A stretch of DNA of 64,000 nt from Monocercomonoides exilis PA203 (lineage: Eukaryota; Protista; Preaxostyla). The stretch spans positions 1 through 64,000 of the forward strand of contig LSRY02000067.1 in NCBI GenBank assembly GCA_001643675.2. The letters run 5' to 3'. A program made the position numbers and the translations under genes. A model generated the notes under the pieces. It saw nothing but the letters and a program-made list of their open reading frames with translations, was not told the origin of the DNA and did not search any database. Below are positions 28,251 to 41,668 of this stretch, piece after piece (the stretch's first letter is position 1; every line of letters starts with the position of its first letter).

Positions 28251-29499
28251 TATAGATTGAAGCTTTCAAGGAATATTTATTTAAGATGAGTTTTTAAATT
28301 GAAGGTTAAGTCGATATTTCAATGTTTAGAATTGTTGATAGAAGAAAGTTGACATTTCTTTTGATTTCCTGAATGATTTTGAAACCCTTTTAAAGTTGTG
28401 TTTTGCTGAAGACCATGAAGACGAAAGGAGAGTATTCGATCTTCTCAATAATTGATCACATAAGGATAAAAGAATCCCTCGAGTTCTATTCAAAATGGAA
28501 ATCTTTCTATTCATTCTTATACAAAAGAATATGAATTCAAGAAAAATAACTTTCCTTCAAAATCATATGACGCTTTTCATTTGATGAGGAATAAACTGGC
28601 TGATGCATTTCTTGAGTGTGTTTCGTTGTTAAGCAGTTTTCCTCCTTCTTCTCCAAATCTCATTTCAGCTGAAATGAAAGCTGACTTAAATGAACAAATC
28701 CGATAATAATATCCAATCTAATAATAAATTTTCTTTTGATGTTTCACTCTCAATGAACTGAAGATTATCCATCTTTTCTGTTGGTGCTGGACTTCATTCC
28801 TTTTCTTCGTGGCACAAGATAATAAAAATTAAGAAGCATTGGGGCCTTGATCCTCTTCCATTTTTCAAGCATCTTCTCTTTGTTCAAGTTCTTTTCTTTT
28901 CTTTTGCTCAATCAATTTGTGATGATTTTCAGAATTTCATTTCTTTTCATCATTCATAACCCAATGATCCTTTTCAAATAGCTCAAAAAGACAATAATTC
29001 ACTAAATATGTTTGACATTCAACAATAACTTATTATCGTTTTCAGTTTCTTTCTTCTTTGCAGTGAACTGATAAATATCTTTCATTCTTGTCTTTTGTCT
29101 ATCTGTTTCCATTTTAAATTGGTTCAAACTCCACTTCTGCATTATCAATTTATTTCTTTCCGTTATCAGAATAAAATTCTCTTCATAAACCAGAAAGAAT
29201 CACAACATCAGCTTTCGAATGTATTGAGTGAATTTATGTTGGGCCGATCAAAAAATAATAGTTTTTGGCTTATCTGGAAGCACATCGCTGCATTTAACTG
29301 TTTCATTGCTTCTTCCATGTTGCTTCTTGTTTATATGTTGTAAATATTTATTTTTGGTGATGTTAACCTTTTTATTTACGATTATTGACAGCATTTGATA
29401 AAACGAAATTGTATTGCATTATTCAAGCTTAATTTAGTGAATGGTGCATGCTTTGCAATTAACAGAAATAATTTGTTCATAAGTTATATCAAAAAATGT

Positions 29500-30965
29500 G
29501 GAATATCGGAGATGAAAACAAAGAATAAACTTTCTGGTCTGTTCATTTTCATATTTGATGAAAAGAAAGTTTGATTCATACTATTATAATACAGATTTTA
29601 AAGAACAGCTTTTTGAAATGGTGCATTGCAATGAGTTCGATCAAAAACAGAATATAGAAGAAATGAATGAAATAATTGACAATATGAATGAAAAAGAAAT
29701 AAAAGTCTATTTTCTCAACAGAATTGTTCGATTGGATGGATGAAATGACTGAAGAAAAGATAATTTCCTTAAAGCTTGTCGTATGGTGTTGAAACTCATT
29801 GAACGTTGCAGTTATCTGAAAAGGTTTTGCGTTTTGAGTTATCGATTATCTTCATTGAACAAAAAATTTGAGAAGATATATGAAGACGAAGGAAAAAAGG
29901 AATAAGTGAATGAAAATCTGCTGAACGATCTTTACTAATGCTCTCCTTTACTGATTGAATGATTCATTTTTGAGGAATTGATATCGATTTGCGTTCCTTG
30001 CTTCTGAAGGTTGCCTTGAGGAAAGAGGAAAGTTAGGAAACTCAAGAAGTTGAAATGGCTTCACTTGCATTGAGCAATGTTAAATTTTATGTATGAGTGC
30101 TTCTGTATCATTTTTGACATAATTGATTATTCCCCATCTTTTTATATTAGAAAATGGAACCAAAACTGTAACAGAATTAAATAACAGACATTGAGAAATA
30201 ACATCAGGAGCATCGTAATCTCTCACGACTTGTGCATCGATCTGCTTATGAATTATTGATTAACAGTTTTTTTTATTTGAAAATTAAGAAGGAATGATTG
30301 TGAATGAGCTGCATTTTGTGAGAGAGGCAGTAAAAGAGTTGGATGAGGGGAAAGATTATGTCGATTAGAAGAAGAAAGAAAATAAGTAGAGAAAATCGAA
30401 AGAAATAAAAATGATGATGAAATGGTAAATAATAATACAGAAATATTTTAACTTTCTTTTAGAGAAAGATAAATTTGTGAGATCGACAACATGCATTGCA
30501 GATTTTTGCAGAGCAGCCAGGGGAGACACAAAGAGTAATATACGATCGATGCTTTTCATTTTTAGTAAATCTATTTGAAGAAAAAAATAAACTCTGAAAA
30601 TTGTTTGTTGAGTGAAGAAGCCATTGACTTCTTTTTGGAGGAAATGCACCAGCCATCAATTGACAATGTTGAAAAAAGGAAAATAGAAACATTTTTTCGA
30701 ATATTTGCAATTAATTGAGGAGAAAAAAAGGAAGAAGAAAATGGTATGATGAAATTGTCTTTATTTGTCGAATATGTGGAACGAAAAGTCCAAAGAAGAA
30801 CGCGAAAAGGCAAAGCAAGAAATGATGATTTATAGAAAAATGAGAGATAAGATAGAAGAAGACGGATATGAATATCTTGTTATCAGTTTCAATGGATTTA
30901 TTTTTTAAAGCTCTATGAAGCGAGATTCATCAATGAATCTGAATGATTATTTGGTTCTTTGCTAA
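29500..30965 (+). pseudogene. Decayed copy C of the E/K-rich family
   Basis: Remnants EKLLND, ICVPCLLKVAL, EVEMASLALSN, VNELHFVREA and KIEEDGYE, with many stops and frameshifts. Confidence 0.8.
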
Positions 30966-31001
30966 TCATCAGATTTTATTTATTGGCAAAAAGATAGTTT
31001 C

Positions 31002-31122
31002 ATCATCATTTTCTTCTTCTTTCTCTTCTTCTTCCTCCTCTTCTTCTTCCTCCTCCTCCTCCTCCTCCTCCTCCTCCTCTTCTTCTTCTTCTTCTTCTTC
31101 TTCTTCTTCTTCTTCTTCTTCT
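31002..31122 (+). repeat. (TCT/TCC)n trinucleotide repeat
   Basis: Read directly from the sequence. Confidence 0.9.
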
Positions 31123-33479
31123 GCATTTTGAATGTTTATGAAAACAGAAAAATTAGAGAATGGAAGAGAAAAAGCAAATGAAGATTTTTCCATTGAACAT
31201 AGCAATCGTTTGTATCAAAGCTGTGAATTCATTCGCAATGTCTTTTCAATTCATTCTCAACAACCAAAATTGAAGGTTTTATATATGAATGAATGCATTT
31301 CATTTGTATTGGGCTTGAAAAAAAAGCGGATTTGGAAGAATAGATTTTTGGAACGTTACATGAATTGAAGAAAAATGGAGATGAAAAGAACAATTTTTGA
31401 GCAGAGGTTGAGATAGATTGGGCAAAGAGATAGAATAACATGAAAAATGATTGATGAATGAAGAAATATTTATTTATGTGATAACAAATCAACTGAAAAG
31501 GAAATACATTTGGAGCAGAACTTTTGGATGATTTTATTGGAAAAGAATGTGAGTGGGATATCTTCTCTTTCTCCATCAATTGGAAAAAGCCGAAGAAAGC
31601 AGAATGATGAAAGAAAAAGGAAGAGAAAGAGATGGAATCTGAGTGAAATTAAGAAGAATTGCATTTTGAGACGAAATGAATGAGACAAGTGTCCTTATTC
31701 AAGAAGAAGAGATGAAAAGAATGAAGAGAAAAGCGAAGGGCAACAATGGGGAAGAAAAGAATAAAGAGATATGAAAAACTGAACAAAAATGAGAAGAATG
31801 TGAAGAGCAATTAATTATGATTGACTTGTTCTGTCATTCCCATTCTGAATTGGAGCATTGGATCAGCTTCTTTTTCAGCCATGTTTGCTGTTGTGTATGG
31901 TACACATAAAATTTATCGCTTGATTATTTAGCAAACATTTCTTTATTGATACTCTTGAATTCTTCTCAAGAATTTTCATTTCATTTCTTTTTCTTCTTCT
32001 CGAATTCATCGAGAATGCGAAGAGAAAGAGAAAAAGCAAAGGAAACTTGAAGTTTCAAGAAAAAATAACCAAACAATTCATTTTTCATGAAAAAACGAAT
32101 CTTATTTTAGAAGATATGATGCAAATATTCGTTCAATGAGGATTTTTAATGGAAATAAAAAAAAATAGATAAAAATGGAATTTTTGATTTGGCTTTAACA
32201 TTTTCATTAAAAAGAAAGTAAAAACATTTATAATAATTCTTCAATCTATTTTTTGTAATTTTGAGGAAAGAATTTAAAAGAAAAATATAATTTTTGAGCT
32301 TCAAAAAGAAATAAATTTGGTTAAGTGTTTACAAAATAACCGTATATATCCAACGATAATTCACAACTGTTGTTTTCTTCGAGGGAACTTAATTATTCAT
32401 GAAAGCTTGTGATATCATCTTTAAATCATTCTTCTTCTCTGCGCAGAAGCAAAGATACTTCGCCTCATTGATAATAAATAATCAACCTTAAATGTGATAA
32501 ATCTTCGATTACCTTTTATTATTTCAGGAAAAGAAATAAAATGAAAAAAAAATCAACCTTTCGGTTCGTTCAGTAGTGATTGCTTTTCGAAAAAGAAACA
32601 GCAAAAATAAATGCAGCAAACCTCACTGAACTTTAATCAAATGATTGCTTCTTGCAAATATGAAAAATGTTTGTTGGTTATATTTTTGCAACAGATGTAA
32701 TTAAATAAGTGTTCACTGGAACATACGAGATACAATCAGTTGCATAATGCATTTTTCGAAATATTTTATTTGAATGTTAATAAGAAATAAACAAATTAAA
32801 CCGTTGTTGCCTTGAGGAGAGATGAAATCAGGAAAAGTTCATTCAAAATATTTCACTTTTTGTATAATTGTTTTAATGCAATTTTGGTTCTTTGAAAACT
32901 TTTGAAAAGTGAGAATAATGTTGATATTGTGATTTGCACTTTAATGGAACATGGCAGTTTAATGTTATATTATTTATTATTTGAAAAAAAGCAAATGTCA
33001 GACGATCTCTGATTTTTCAAAAAGAATTTCTGACCCGTTTCTTTTATTCTGCACGCATGATGCCCATCTTGAGAATCATTCTTCCACATGGTTTGCTTTT
33101 GGAATTATGACAATTCTGAAAAAAAGCTTTCAAAAGTATTGTTATTTATCCAAGATCAATAGAAATTTATTTCTGTTAGGCCTGTTCGAAGAAGAATATG
33201 CACAATTATCCAATACAATGCAGTATTCAGATTAAAATAAGATAGGCTACGAACGAAATTCAAAAAAAAAAGAAGTTTTGACAAACTTTTTCCTATTCGT
33301 TAAGAAATGAATGGATTAATGGAAATAATTGCATATATTTCCGGTCATTTTCTCTGAATTTGTATGAAATGCTCTGGTTAACTTGGTTTGTTGTTGGAAA
33401 TTCCTATTTCACAATTATTATTTTTTAATTTGAATTTCTTGTATACTTTTGCGAATATTGTTAAAATTTTTCTGCATAA

Positions 33480-35920
33480 AACTTCTGATAAAACAAAAGT
33501 CGAAGTGAAGAAAATAATTGGTGAGAAACAAGTTGTTCGATCCCCTGCCAAAGAATTCGCTATTCAAATCGTATCCGATTGAGAATATATTATTATGTTT
33601 GTGTTCTCAACATGTTTAATTATCACACTCCTGCTTATAATTATGTATCACTCATTTTCTTTTTTTATCTCCTCTTTCTGTTCACAGAGTCAGTTGTAGT
33701 TACTCAAAAAGATGTACAACATACAGTTCACTTGGATCTTTTTCTTTCACCAGAGCAACCGAGAAACCCAGACAGGCTGCAAAGTTGGTAACGAAGTTTC
33801 GTGGAGAAACGCCAATCTTGGGACAGTTGCTGATGATTACGAACGCAGAAGAAGTTGTTGCAGCGAAGCCTACTAATTAATAAATAAGATTAAGCAATGA
33901 AACATTTTTCTTTTCATTGACCAGAGTTGTGACGGTTTCAATAAAGGCCAATTTTTTGGGGAAAAAAATGACAACGAAGAGAAATATCGAAAGCCGCTGT
34001 GATTTATTTCATTTATTGGATGTGTGGCATTGTGTTTGTGCGGGCTGTGAAGAATATTGTGGAATTCCTTTTTTTGTCCAGCTTCAAGGTGAATGAAATT
34101 TGCAATGACAAAGAAAGAGACAACAATAGTGAACAAGATTGGCATTCATTAAAGAGCTCTATCCAGAATTCAGAGTATTTTTGCCTTCCATATCAACTTT
34201 TTTATATCCGATTCCTTTCTTGATTTCTTCTTCGTCCTCCACTCTCTGTTCACAAAGAAAAACAGAAACTTGCTTTTGCATTATCACCGAACCTTTTAGA
34301 CATATCCTTTGGCTCTGAGCCTCATTTGTTTCGTGGATCAACCATCTTTGCTGATTTGTTCCATATTCAAAGCCTTATTCAGTGTGTGCTGATCTCGTGG
34401 GATCAGGGTTGCTTGCTATTCCATCGCGTGTGAAGCACTATGCAATGAATGTACTGCGAGCTAAGCGCAGCGGAATTATCGGAGACCGTTCAAAGCGTTT
34501 TGGATTTATTCACAGATGTTGAAGCATCTTCTGCGAGCAGAAAGCTTAGGCGAACGAGCTGTACGTGTGCACCAAGTTGAATTCTTACCGCTGCCAACCA
34601 TTGCATGTTGGTATTGTCTAGGCACAGAGAGAACAGACGCTGCAGTCGTTAAGGACGGGGAACATTGCTGTGCTGATTGCCTCTGATGCGGCAGCGCGAG
34701 GTATTGATATTCCACAAGTGGATCTGATTATTGTGACGTATGCGCCGACAGACACAGAGACATACGTGCATCACTTGGGGAGAACAGGACGGTGCGGACG
34801 AGGAGGCACATGCTTTGTGCTGCACAACCAGACCGATGAATACCGCCTAGCATTGGTGGAGCGGCAGAGCGCTATTCGGTTCGAACACATTTCGGAGCCT
34901 TCTGTTGTGCAAATGATGAGATATGTAGGAAGAGAAACTACAAAGCAGATTATGCCTGTTTCAGGTTCGCTTGTGCAGTTCTTCAAATCTGTTGCGCGGT
35001 TGCTGATGAAGAACTGGGAGGAAGTGATGCAGGTGATGAGAACTGGGCTGAATGAAGACGAGAAGCAGAGTAAGGAAGAAGATGAGGAAAGGTTAGAAAG
35101 ACAGCTTGCTCTATTAAAACGAAATGAAGCTGATAAAGAAGAGGATGCTGAGGATGAAGAAAACAATGAAGAAGAAACTGAAGAAAGCAAAGAGAAAGAG
35201 AAAGAGAAAAAGGAAAAGAAAGATGATATTGCCGCAAAGGACAATACAACGAAAAAGGAACGGTGTGAAATGAAGAAAGTCCAGAGGAACACGCTGACAT
35301 TGCCATATTGTGCGATTGTGTTGATGGCAGGCTATTCAAAGCCCATCAAAATGCGATCTCTCATTCCAAGCGCAGCTGGACTTACGACTCTGTTCTTTGC
35401 TGTGAATGATCGCCATCCTTCTGTGAATCAGCGCTTCTCCTTTCAGCTGCTGCCACCTCCGCTGCAAGGCAGGAGAATCCATTCCAGATCCAGTCGCCCA
35501 TGCTTGTGTGGTCCAATCTTCATGCTTTGCTCCCTCACGAAATGATCGATTTAGTGCAGTACATGAGGCTTTGTGCGGATCTGTGATAGGTGGTTTTTGA
35601 TGTTCAGAGTGAAAACACAGACACGTTTGTCAGAGTGTTTGCTGCTCATCGCTTTTTGTCTCTAACGACTGTCACAGAGCTTCCAAAGCTGCGCGTTAGA
35701 GAAAAGGACTCAGCTGCGAGCGGTGGAAGAGGAAGATATGGCGGAGGATTTGGAAGTGGCAATGGGAGAAAAAGAAGTTGACGGGCGACAGATATGGTCG
35801 ATATGGAGGAGGATGTGTCGGAGGAAGATGAGTTGATTCAAAATGGAGATAGTGAGGAGGGGGATTGAGTGGTTGATTTTAACAGAAGCAAAGACAGCGT
35901 TGGAAAAAGAAACTTCTGAA
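33480..35920 (+). pseudogene. Degenerate DDX21/DDX50-type DEAD-box RNA helicase
   Basis: Motif Ia remnant PAKEFAIQI, motif V ARGIDIPQVD, mutated motif VI YVHHLGRTGR, GUCT-like VFDV and a Gly/Arg-rich tail; multiple stops and no intact DEAD motif seen. Confidence 0.75.
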
Positions 35921-36309
35921 AATAAGCTTTTTGAAAATGATGCTTTGGCTTATTTATTCAACACAAAATCTGCTTTTGAATGTATAGTTTTAAATTCGAT
36001 TTATATATTTTGAACTTTATTGAAAACAAAGAGAATTTTCATTTTAATGTTTTGAAAAACAACACGAGCAAAATCTTCATATCAGACAGGCGAAGTGTAT
36101 GAAAATCATTGACAAATAAATACTATTTCATTGTAAAATTCTCTTTTTGAATAAATTGAAGATGAAACGATATCAAAGACAAAATTTAAAAACGAAATCG
36201 ATCGATACATCGAATTTGAATAAAAATGATAATAAAAGCATGCAAAGCAATGAACAACTTTTAAAATTAAATGAAGGAAATATTTTCATCAAAGAATATT
36301 TATTATCAA

Positions 36310-36690
36310 CATTACATCCGCTTTTCAGTCCTCTTCTTTAGCATTATCCAAATTGAGAGCACCACCAATTTCTTCGTCGCTCCCTTCTTCTTGTTCATCA
36401 GCAGCTCAGGCGCCTTCCACAGTATGCACTTCTTCTTGAGATCATCTTCGTGCTCAAAAGTAGAAGATAGTAGCAGAAGTTTGGTGAACCGCTCACTCTT
36501 TATAGAAACATCAGAGGAAAATGTAACTAGAGGAGAGGTCAAAGAGAAGGATGACGAATCAGAAAATGAGTCATTTGAAGACGAGCAATCTGAGTGGATC
36601 CCAACTCAGATAACTTTGCACTCAGAGAAAAGAACAACCAGGTACAGAAAGAGGTTCGATTGGAGTTTGCCTTTCATTTCGCAAAAGCAG
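36310..36690 (-). pseudogene. Protein kinase C-lobe fragment
   Basis: LWKAPELLMNKKKGATKKLVVLSIWIML resembles a degenerate subdomain VIII-IX; truncated. Confidence 0.55.
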
Positions 36691-38689
36691 TGAAGCGCGT
36701 GATTATCCAAGAAGAACAAGACCTGTACAGCTGTTTGTTCAATTTTCTGCAAAGAGCAAATTTCCATTTCTTTCTTCTGGTTCTTTCCATAAAGCAGTTT
36801 TAACAGCATAAATATTTGATCAAGAAAAATTGTCATAAGCTAATAATTTAATTTATCGCGATAAATGATAATTCAAAAATAACAAAAGAAATATTAATTT
36901 GTTATTTTCATTAATCAAAAAATGATTATTAAAAAATAAAACAACAAAAAAGAATAACGACAAATAATAAAACACACATGATAAATGTAATTTAAATGCA
37001 AATGATAACTCATTTTTTTGATTCAAGCTTCATTTTCAATTAAGGAAATTAAAATTCTTATAGTTGTTATAATTTTCGAATAATGAATAACCATCATCAC
37101 CAAAGATGTGGTTTAAAAAGTCGTTTGGAATACAAACTATGAAAATAACGAATTCTTCTCGTGTCAATGTAAATATGAATTGTTAATGAAAAAGAAATTT
37201 CCCTTTAATATTTATTTTGATAAAAGCTATTTTGGTTTGTGAAAAATAAGAAAAATTAAGAAATGTGTTTCGTTTGTGATAAATAAATAAATGGTGCATA
37301 ATCGTTTTTGGATATATTATTATTTATTTCTGAAAAAATAATAACGGGAAGATCTCTGATTTTTCAAAAAGATTATGCCAGGTGGCAAAAAGTAAGGATG
37401 TGAAAAGAATGAGAGCATTTGGAGGGAGCAGAAGAAAAGAATCGATACCAAATGGAGCTGTTGAGAGGTGGAGGAGAAGGAGTTCTGGAGGGTGATGGAG
37501 AAGAAATATATTCTGATGATAATTGGCGGTGAAGCAGAAGAGGAGGTCTTTTGTGAGAAATATGAAAGGATGTTTGCTTTGGATGAAGGGAGTTTGACTT
37601 TTTCGATCATAAAAACAATAAAGCTGTTTGTGGATGACTGATCTGAGAAGGAAGAAGAAGAAGAAGGTGTTGATGATGAAGAGAAGATGTCTAAAGTGGA
37701 CTCTGAAAAGAGAAAGCCAGCGTGTGTGGAAAGGAGGCAGTCATCGGCGTCACCGAAATATCTGTTGAAGCAAATGGGGAGGTGGAGATGGCACATAGTT
37801 CAGTCTTTTTTATCTGTTCTGTTTCCAATGGCAGCAGAAACTCTGAGAAGCTATCCTGGAAGAGATCCGCAGCCCATGCTTCGCGATCAAAACTGATTAA
37901 AAAAAGTGATTAAATGAGGGATGATTCATATGTTTGAATATTAATTGATTGAATTAATTGAAATAAAAATATGAATAAGATAAATTTGAAAAACGAGAAA
38001 TGGAATAAAAGCAAAATATTTAATAATAGAAAAATATTACAAACCTTATAAAATGAGGAATTGTGCCTTCATCGTTTCTCGCACAGAGTTTAATGGAGAT
38101 TGTTTGTATGAGTCACAACAGAGTGGAAAGATAAGGTGTTTCAATGATTTCTATGCAGAAGCAGTTCAGACAGGCATTTCGATGCAGGTTGTCAATGCAC
38201 ACACTCACAAAATGACCAATGCGATCAACTAACAAATCCCTGTCAAGAATGTCTGTTCACAAGAAAATGAGAAAAATTAAAGCAAACAGTTCAAAATTTT
38301 TAAAAGAATATGAAATAAAAATAAAAATAAACAATTTATTATAAATTGATAATATTTCTTTGTTAAATAAAAAGAAAATGAACACAAACATTTATACCAA
38401 TCTTCTCCATCACCAACATTGATCCGTCTGAAATTCTGTTCTTTTATCTCGCTGAGCTCAGAATATCCTCCACCCTTTACTCTCTTCACTTTTTTGAAAT
38501 CCTTCTTTTTTGAAAATTTTGTCAATTTTGTTTGCTATAAGCCAAGTTTCACCAAAGATAGACGTTTTCATTTACAAGTCTCATAAAGCTTGCTGCACTG
38601 GGCGCGTCCAACTTCGCCTCTTCGACTGTTTCCTTGTCCTGTGACGTGAACTGAGTCTGCTTTTCATTCGCAATCCTCTTTGGCAATAT

Positions 38690-39110
38690 GATAAACTTCT
38701 ACGCCTGTGTTTCTACCCCGCTCGAATCAGACAGCAACAAATCCAACTCAGACTGGTAGATTCCACTGAAGCTTCCATTTCCCCTCTTTTCTGCTGCTTC
38801 CACCACATTCTTCTCTATCTGGTCCGTGTTATCGCAAAATTCCAACCACACGAAGCTTCCATACTCTCTTCCATTGTGCCTGTCCATGCAGCGCAGGAAG
38901 CGGCACTTTCAAGAGATCTTCGCAATGGTGCCTGTAAATAAGATGAGCGGGTCATTCGCCTCAAATTTCTCATCCGTTACCAACGACCGGCCATTCCAAA
39001 TCGAGTTCTCATTCTGTTCATAGAACAGATTCATTTTCACATCCTACACCACACACGAAACAAACAGTGAGCATTCGATGTTAACCTGAGGAATCTCAGG
39101 AGCCCACTCC
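38690..39110 (-). pseudogene. Possible CFAP61-like fragment
   Basis: Hand translation NENSIWNGRSLVTDEKFEANDPLILFTGTIAKIS*...HNGREYG resembles, from memory, the CFAP61 segment VYDxRLVIDxNFxTNDxxIxAAGxLTKFS..FxSxEIG; contains an in-frame stop. Confidence 0.4.
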
Positions 39111-40751
39111 TACTACTGCTTCCTCCGAAATAAATCTATCGCGAACTGAGGGTCAGACGAAGGCCTCGGTGATGGAGCGCACAGAAAGCTGTCGCGAAAA
39201 GCACACAAAGTATTCTGTTCATGTTGCGAGTATTGGATGACGTTAAGCTCCTCCATTTCTGCGTCTGCTCCGTCACTCCCATCAAACCTCCTTTGCTCTA
39301 CAAGCACTGTCAGCGCACCTTCCTCTCCTTCTCTTCCCGGATTATCGACCCTTTGCCTCTCTTTCTTCTTCTTCTTCAGCAGCAATTGTAATTAGCAGAT
39401 ATTGTCAATTTCGTATTTATTGTTCTCTTAAATTGAACCAACTTCAGCTGAATATGTTTTGTGACTGGACCAGGAAAAAGATCCATATGTTTCATCTGCA
39501 TTTGCTGCTTTTTTTTTACAACTTCCATCGATAACAAGCTTGGTCCCATTCTGCTCGTGCTGTTCTATGAAGATAACAATCCACCGGAAATCAAAGCATT
39601 TTTTATTCCTTCACCTCCTTCGTCTCTCTCTCTTCTGCTCAAAAGAAAGCCATCGTCCATTTTTCCTAAATCTCCCGCTTCGCCTCCACAGTCAGCTCAT
39701 TCTCTGGGAATCTTTTCATTCATCTTCTTCTTGTCTTTCTCCTTAGTTGATATCTTCTCAAACATTCGAGTTAGTTCGTTGTGGAAATTCTCCGGAGCTG
39801 CAACATGCTTTGCATTCTCTTCTTCTTCTTCTTTTCTTCTTCTTCTTCTTTTCTTCTTCTTCTTCTTCATTCCTTTCTGTTATTCCATTTTCCATCATTT
39901 TCTTTTCGTGAAGGCATTAAAGGAAGGTTTGTTTTCATCAAAAAACCAGAAATTGGAAGAAGAAGAAGAAGAAGAAGAATAGGAAGACGAAGACGAAGAG
40001 GAAGAAGAAGAAGTGAAAGAAGACTTTTTATCATTTTCTTTAAGAAGTTTGTTGGTAATTTTGATAATATCGAAAAGAAGAAGAAAGAGAAGGAGAAGAT
40101 AAAGATTGCGGAAAACAGCAGACGAACGGAATAATGTGAAAAGGTTGCTTTATCGTTGTGCTGAGAGAGCAAGCATATAAGGTGATTGTTTATGAAGGTG
40201 AGAGACGAAGAATAGGAAGGCAAAGAGGAAGAGGAAGACGATGAAACAAATTAACAAAATGAACACATTCTGAATTTCGTGGAGAAAAAGAAGACTGAAA
40301 GGAAGAGAAGACGACTACGATAAAGACGAAGGAAACGAATATGAAGAAGAGGAAGAAGAAGAATTATACGAGCAAAAAATGGATTTGAAGACATTTTCAG
40401 GAGGAGTTGAATGCATTGTTGTGGCGCAATCGGAATAAGTCATATTTGAAAATCTCAGCAAATAGGAAAAAGTGAAATCCTCGTGATGCAAAAGAAGAAT
40501 ATTATATCGCATCAGCGTTGTGGATGAATGAAATGTTGAAGCTTCAAACTGGTGCATGATTGAAATAGTTAAATTTCAAATGACTAAGAAGAATAAGAGC
40601 ATGAAGACTCAAATTCTATTTGATATTTGACGTCTGTTATAAGCATCAAATGTTCACTATATTGAAATGCGAACAAAATTGTTGTTCTGTCACTGAACAC
40701 AATGAATCTCCTTATAAAAATTCGATGAAGAAGATGCTGTTTCAGATGCAT

Positions 40752-41355
40752 TTCTGAAAGATGAATTATTATTCTTTCATTTTCACTGATATTCCATCTC
40801 GGGCCGACAAATTATTTATGAAAAAAATCGTATTGGTTGCTATTATTGCAGCTTTTTTAATAGAAATAAAATGAGAATATGGTTCAAATACATTAATTGC
40901 TTTGCGCTTTGCTCACAAAAATATCCACATGAAAATTAATGCATATTTATTTTTGACACAATAAAATACAAAAAATTATAAATACGTTCCATTTTCCTGA
41001 AAATATGTGAAATTAAAAATCTCGATCACAAAAGTGGTCACTAATTTATCTTCGGATTTTGCAACAAACAGACATTAAAAGATGTGGGGAAGCTGTCTGC
41101 GTGGAAATCTGAGAAAAAATTAGTGACCACTTTTGTGATCGCCAGTCATTTAGAAAAACACTTTTATTAAGGTTCTCATCAGATTTGATCCGTTGAACGA
41201 TCGGAACTATTATAAAACTGAAAATTAAAATGACTGGCGATCACAAAAGTGGTCACTAATTTTTTCTCAGATTTCCGCACAAACCGCTTCCCCACATCTT
41301 TTAATGTCTGTTTGTTGCAAAATCTTAAGATAAATTAGTGACCACTTTTGTGATC
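40752..41355 (+). repeat. Left TIR, containing an internal palindrome at 41024-41355
   Basis: Arms 41024-41151 and 41228-41355. The 24-bp motif GATCACAAAAGTGGTCACTAATTT occurs at 41024(+), 41117(-), 41239(+) and 41332(-). Confidence 0.95.
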
Positions 41356-41668
41356 ATTATTTAGTAAATGAATAAAATTGAATTTATTTTTTTTTTCTTT
41401 ATTTGAATTTTTTAATGACAATGATTTAATAACTTTTTCACACATTGACATTGGTTCTTTGGAGTTATTGCTGATGATGAAATTTCGAAATAATTTTTCA
41501 TTTATTAAAATTATTGAATGAATTTCTGAATAATTGATTTTTTATTTCATTTTTTCTTATCTGTGAAATCAACAAACTTGCATTTGAAATTTTCACTCAA
41601 AAATGACGCTTTGTCATTAATGAAATTGCATGTGCTTTTTCCCTTTAAAAATTTAAAAAATCCCAATT

